Origin: an uncultured delta proteobacterium
GTDB lineage: Bacteria; Desulfobacterota; BSN033; UBA1163
Direction of reading: 5' to 3'
Length of the DNA: 64,000 nucleotides
Assembly (NCBI GenBank): GCA_963827685.1
Contig: CAWHBU010000003.1
Location: 704,001 to 768,000 of the forward strand
In this document: positions 59,638 to 64,000 of the stretch, in pieces
How the letters are laid out: each line of letters opens with the position of its first letter
Position numbering within the stretch: the stretch's first letter is position 1
Notes under the pieces: generated by a model
Databases searched by the model: none
What the model was told of the DNA's origin: nothing
The model's input: only the letters and a program-made list of their open reading frames with translations
Translations under genes and position numbers: made by a program

Positions 59638-60471
59638 TCAGTCCCCATAGGGAACCTTTTTGACCACCATTCTTTTCAAGTCACTGCAATCAATCGAGGC
59701 TGCTGAAAATCCTCTTTTCCGAAGGTCGGACCAGATGAGAGACAATCTTCTCAACTTCTCCCCAAAGTCCTCCCATCCCATCTTGACCTCCACCCCTTCT
59801 GTCTTGGTAAAACAATGGATTCCAAGAGCCTTCTCCATATGGATCTCAGATATTTCCTCCAGGGGAGGTAATTTTTCTTGACTGACGATCCTCAAGAGAT
59901 CCAGCGCCTTGGTAATCAGGCGTTTTGCCTCCGCAGGATCTATTTCTAAAACCCGACGGGTCAAGCCAGTGAGATAAGGGTAGTTGTATTCATCTCTCTC
60001 TCCTACAGGAGAAAAGATCTCCCCTTTGGTATCGATATAGTAAAGCTCTTCTAATTGAATGATGGCCATCGGCTTTCTCTCTTCAATCTGGATCAATATC
60101 TTGTTGGGAAAGACCTTCCTCACCCGAACCTGGTCAATCCAAGGATGGGACTCTAATCGTTTGACGACCTCCTTCAGCTTGACCGAGAAGAGATTGGGCA
60201 TTCCTTCCATCACCGTGAGGGAGAGAAGGGTCTCTTTTGGAATCTTTTGACCTCCTTCCACCTCGACTTCCCTCACTCGAAAATAGGGATCTCCAAAGAG
60301 ATGGACATAAATCCAATGGCTGATAAAAAGGAAAAAAGAGAAGAGAAGAAGTTGAAAAGCCACTCGGATCGTCTTTTTCAAGATCCTGAAAAACTTCTCT
60401 GCTCCTTTTTCTTCCCTTCTTACTTTCGGTCGGAGAAACTTTCCATCTCGGACTGTAAGGGTCTCTCCCAT
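59638..60471 (-). CDS. ftsQ: Cell division protein FtsQ/DivIB
   Basis: One TM plus POTRA (PWI..V.VRK.FP..I.I.IEER); lies between ddl and ftsA. Confidence 0.92.
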   Translation of the reverse strand: MGETLTVRDGKFLRPKVRREEKGAEKFFRILKKTIRVAFQLLLFSFFLFISHWIYVHLFGDPYFRVREVEVEGGQKIPKETLLSLTVMEGMPNLFSVKLKEVVKRLESHPWIDQVRVRKVFPNKILIQIEERKPMAIIQLEELYYIDTKGEIFSPVGERDEYNYPYLTGLTRRVLEIDPAEAKRLITKALDLLRIVSQEKLPPLEEISEIHMEKALGIHCFTKTEGVEVKMGWEDFGEKLRRLSLIWSDLRKRGFSAASIDCSDLKRMVVKKVPYGD

Positions 60472-60560
60472 CTCTCTTGACTCCGGTTTTTTGAGTTCAT
60501 TGAGTTGGTTAGGTTTTTTGAGCTAACCCAAAGAACTCCAGCAACGCGATCATCTAAAAA

Positions 60561-61505
60561 CTACTTTTCACTTTCTATCTTTAAAGATGCCCCCAACAAA
60601 ATCCGTTCCACTAAGTCTTCAAATGGAATGCCGGCATAATTGGCCGCCATGGGCAAGAGACTCGTCTCCGTCATTCCAGGCATGGTGTTGACGTCAATTA
60701 CAAACGGATTTTCATCTTCATCGGTCATCAGATCGACTCTCGCTACACCTGAACAATCCAGCTCTTGAAAGGCTCTGAGGCTGATCTCTTGCGCATAGAG
60801 ATATTTTTCCCTTGGAATTCGAGCAGGGAGGATGTATTGCGTCTCACCCTTTGTATATTTAGAATAGTAATCGTAAAAACCGCTCTTGGGAGCGATCTCA
60901 ATGACGGGTAATGGGATATTTTCAAGAATGCCAACGGTGATCTCCCTGCCTTTCATAAATTCCTCGACCAATATCTCCTCATCGTATTCTCCTGCCTTCT
61001 TTAAGGCAGGGCCCAATTCTTCATCCTTCCGAACAATGGAAACGCCGATCGTAGATCCCTCTCTGGCCGGTTTGACCACCACTGGCAAAGGAAGGGAAAT
61101 TCTTTTAGGCAGATCTTTTTTTATCTCTTCTCGATGAAAAACCTCAAAGGGAGGAGTCGGAATCTTTTCACAAAGGAAGAACTTCTTGGACATGATTTTA
61201 TGCATGGCCAAAGCGCTCGCCAGAACTCCTGAGCCGGTATAAGGAATTCTCATCAACTCCAACATCCCCTGAATGGTTCCATCTTCTCCAAATCTTCCGT
61301 GAAGAGCCAAAAAGGCACATTCAATCTTTTCTTTGACCAATTTTTCCGCAATGCCGTCCCCAACATCGATGGGGATCACCGTATATCCCTTCTCAGTGAG
61401 AGCTTTCAGGATAGCCTTCCCCGTCTTCAGGGAGATCTCTCTCTCCTGCGAAAGACCCCCCATCATCACAGCGGTTTTCTTCTTCTTGAGCGATGGCTCT
61501 TTCAT
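60561..61505 (-). CDS. ddl: D-alanine-D-alanine ligase
   Basis: GG.S.EREISL, LHG.FGEDG, EGSTIG, YDYYSKY, NTMPGMT. Confidence 0.97.
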   Translation of the reverse strand: MKEPSLKKKKTAVMMGGLSQEREISLKTGKAILKALTEKGYTVIPIDVGDGIAEKLVKEKIECAFLALHGRFGEDGTIQGMLELMRIPYTGSGVLASALAMHKIMSKKFFLCEKIPTPPFEVFHREEIKKDLPKRISLPLPVVVKPAREGSTIGVSIVRKDEELGPALKKAGEYDEEILVEEFMKGREITVGILENIPLPVIEIAPKSGFYDYYSKYTKGETQYILPARIPREKYLYAQEISLRAFQELDCSGVARVDLMTDEDENPFVIDVNTMPGMTETSLLPMAANYAGIPFEDLVERILLGASLKIESEK

Positions 61506-61575
61506 TTACTTACCGCCAAATCCCCACAGTCTTTATTCCGCAATCCCTGCCCCGCATTGCGGGGCGAAATTCGAA

Positions 61576-62481
61576 TTACTGTTCACCCACCACCTTCACC
61601 TCCCTTTCAAGGGAGATGCCCTTTTCTTCGTAGACTTTCTTTTCTACAAACTCCATCAAACGGACCACCTCTTCAGCCTTGGCCCTCCCCAGATTGATGA
61701 TGAAATTGGCATGGCGCTCTGAAATCATCGCCTGACCTATCCGAAACCCTTTCAGCCCAGCTTCTTCGATCCATTTTCCGGCTGGGCCTTCTTGGGGGTT
61801 TTTGAAAATGGACCCGGCACTGGGATAATCTAAAGGTTGCTTTCTCTTTCTCATCTCCGAATAAGATTTCACCCTTTCAAGAATTTCTTCTTTCTTTCCC
61901 TTCTTCAACTGAAACCTACCCTTGAGAATAATCCAAGAAGAAGGAATGACCAGTCCTCGATAAGAAAATCGAAGCCTCGAACGGGACCTCTCCACGATTT
62001 CTCCATCTTCCCTCATCAACGTCACGGAAAGTAGGACATCCTTCAATTCGGCACCCCAGGCTCCGGCATTCATCGCCACTCCCCCTCCTACGGTTCCAGG
62101 GATGCCGGAAAAGGGCTCGAGCCCTGTCAGCCCCTTCTGAATGGAGAATTGAACCAGTCGTTGAAGGGAGAGACCTGCCTCTGCTTCCACGATCTCTCCA
62201 TCGATCCCGATTTTTTTCATCCCTTGAGTCAGATTGATTACCCATCCCCGTACTCCTTTATCCCTCACAACAAGATTGGTTCCTTTTCCTAAAATCAAAA
62301 AAGGAATTCTTTTTCTCCTGGCACATCGAATCACCTTTCCTAATTCATTCACACCCTTCGGGAAGAAAAGACAATCTGCAGGCCCTCCCACTTTCATCGA
62401 CGTAAACTGCTTCATCGGTACATCGAAAAGAACCCTTCCCTTGATCAGACCCGACGCCCATTTTCTGTAGTCCCTTTGCAT
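61576..62481 (-). CDS. murB: UDP-N-acetylenolpyruvoylglucosamine reductase
   Basis: VGGPA, G.GTNL, GIPGTVGG..MNAGA, SAGSIFKNP, HANF. Confidence 0.97.
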   Translation of the reverse strand: MQRDYRKWASGLIKGRVLFDVPMKQFTSMKVGGPADCLFFPKGVNELGKVIRCARRKRIPFLILGKGTNLVVRDKGVRGWVINLTQGMKKIGIDGEIVEAEAGLSLQRLVQFSIQKGLTGLEPFSGIPGTVGGGVAMNAGAWGAELKDVLLSVTLMREDGEIVERSRSRLRFSYRGLVIPSSWIILKGRFQLKKGKKEEILERVKSYSEMRKRKQPLDYPSAGSIFKNPQEGPAGKWIEEAGLKGFRIGQAMISERHANFIINLGRAKAEEVVRLMEFVEKKVYEEKGISLEREVKVVGEQ

Positions 62482-62569
62482 CCGCTTCGCGTCTGAGTTC
62501 GGAGTTAGGAGTTTTGAGTTCGGAGTTTCTACACATTTCTCCGAACTCCGAACTAATTACTCCGAACTT

Positions 62570-63943
62570 TCAGTTCAGTCTGCTCACCAACTCCTCTGAA
62601 ACCTGCCAGACATCTCCTGCTCCCAGGGTGATGACCAAATCACCCGGAGAAACAATACGGAGGAGATGCTCAATGATCTCCTCTTTATCTGTTAAATAAG
62701 TGACATCCTTATGGCCATATTCCCGTATCCCCTCGAAAAGGGCTTTCGATTCCACGCCTTCTATGCGATCTTCTCCTGCCGGATAGATATCGGTAAGGAT
62801 GAGGACATCGGCGTCATAAAAAGCAGTGAGAAAATCTTTGAACAGGGCTTGCGTTCTCGTATAGCGATGAGGTTGAAATACCGCGATGATCCTTTTTCCC
62901 CAACCGGTCCGTGCCGCCTTGAGCGTGGCCATAATCTCCACAGGATGATGGCCATAATCATCCACAATGAGAATCCCTTTCTTCTCTCCTTTGATTTGAA
63001 ACCGTCTCTGAATCCCGCTGAAATCGCGCAGCGTTTCTTGGACGACCTGGAAGGGAATATCCAGTTCAAAAGCGGTGGCTAAAGTGGCTAAGGCATTGTA
63101 GACATTATGGAGTCCAGGCATCCGGAGGCTTAATTTGCCTATTTCCTGGCGTTGGTGGATGACATCAAAAGAGGTTGAGAGCCCTTCGAATACAATCTCT
63201 TTCGCTTGAAAGTCCGCTTGCGTGGTCAACCCGTAAGTGGTAAACCGCTTCTTCAATCTCGGAAGAAGACTCTGAATGTTCGGATGATCGAGGCAGAGTA
63301 CGGCCAAGCCGAAAAATGGAATCTTGTTCAAAAAACAGAGGAAGGTCTCTTTGATCTCGTCGATGTCTTTATAATAATCAAGATGTTCTGGGTCGATGTT
63401 GGTCACCACGGCAATGGTGGGCATCAGTTTGAGAAATGAGCCGTCGCTCTCGTCGGCTTCGGCCACCAAGAACTCACCCTGCCCAAGCCTCGCATTGCTT
63501 CCGATACTGTTGAGCCTCCCGCCGATCACCACCGTAGGATCAAGACCACCCGCCGCCAGGACGGTAGAAATGAGGGAGGTGGTCGTGGTCTTCCCATGAG
63601 TTCCCGCGATGGCAATCCCGACCTTCATTCGCATCAACTCTGCCAGCATCTCTGCCCTCGGGATGACAGGGATGAGCCTCTCTTCCGCAGCTTCGACTTC
63701 AGGGTTTCCTTGCCGAACGGCTGAGGAGATGACCACCACGTCCGCTTCTTTCAAATTCTCCTTTCGGTGACCGTAGGAGATTTCGCAGCCCAAAGACCGG
63801 AGTCTTCGGGTCACCTCTGTCTCCTTGACATCGGAACCGCTGATATGGTAGCCGAGGTTAAACAACACCTCGGCAATCCCGCTCATGCCAATCCCGCCGA
63901 TGCCTACAAAATGGATATGCTGGATCTTTCCTCTTCGATACAT
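62570..63943 (-). CDS. murC: UDP-N-acetylmuramate-L-alanine ligase
   Basis: [38 protein letters not shown]. Confidence 0.98.
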   Translation of the reverse strand: MYRRGKIQHIHFVGIGGIGMSGIAEVLFNLGYHISGSDVKETEVTRRLRSLGCEISYGHRKENLKEADVVVISSAVRQGNPEVEAAEERLIPVIPRAEMLAELMRMKVGIAIAGTHGKTTTTSLISTVLAAGGLDPTVVIGGRLNSIGSNARLGQGEFLVAEADESDGSFLKLMPTIAVVTNIDPEHLDYYKDIDEIKETFLCFLNKIPFFGLAVLCLDHPNIQSLLPRLKKRFTTYGLTTQADFQAKEIVFEGLSTSFDVIHQRQEIGKLSLRMPGLHNVYNALATLATAFELDIPFQVVQETLRDFSGIQRRFQIKGEKKGILIVDDYGHHPVEIMATLKAARTGWGKRIIAVFQPHRYTRTQALFKDFLTAFYDADVLILTDIYPAGEDRIEGVESKALFEGIREYGHKDVTYLTDKEEIIEHLLRIVSPGDLVITLGAGDVWQVSEELVSRLN

Positions 63944-64000
63944 CTCAGTTTCTTGTGTTCTCAGTTCATTGAGTTCGTTGAATTAACCCAATAAACTCAA

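Noticed and set aside
1-64000. CRISPR array
   Set aside because: No constant 23-47 bp repeat with unique spacers and no cas genes; the repeats seen are short-unit inverted elements or REPs.

Overview
Chromosomal window from a deltaproteobacterium-like (Desulfobacterota-type) anaerobe; the taxonomy is inferred from gene order and protein style. The left end is housekeeping: tsf (partial)-pyrH-frr-ferredoxin-uppS-cdsA-dxr-rseP-tsaB, then ilvB-ilvN-ilvC-psd-pssA and tRNA-Asn. The right end is the dcw cluster on the minus strand (murC-murB-ddl-ftsQ-ftsA-ftsZ). Between them is about 40 kb of accessory DNA starting at tRNA-Asn, with repeated tRNA 3'-end (att-like) copies but no integrase. Best candidates for new biology: (1) an AT-rich three-gene operon encoding a putative prokaryotic COMMD-like protein plus two membrane proteins; (2) a single-polypeptide serine palmitoyltransferase + bacterial ceramide synthase fusion; (3) an NtrX-like receiver domain fused to an apparently intact LpxC; (4) a self-contained small transcript (promoter, strong RBS, CxxC peptide with in-frame UGA and hairpin, terminator) missed by the ORF track; (5) more than a dozen intergenic inverted 7-9-mer repeat elements, one of which carries a four-helix-bundle gene. 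An IS1182 element sits between an RBS and its start codon. Three single-base frameshifts in short homopolymers (frr, DUF4337 gene, 5'-nucleotidase) look like sequencing or assembly errors. All family assignments come from motif recognition by eye; no searches were run.
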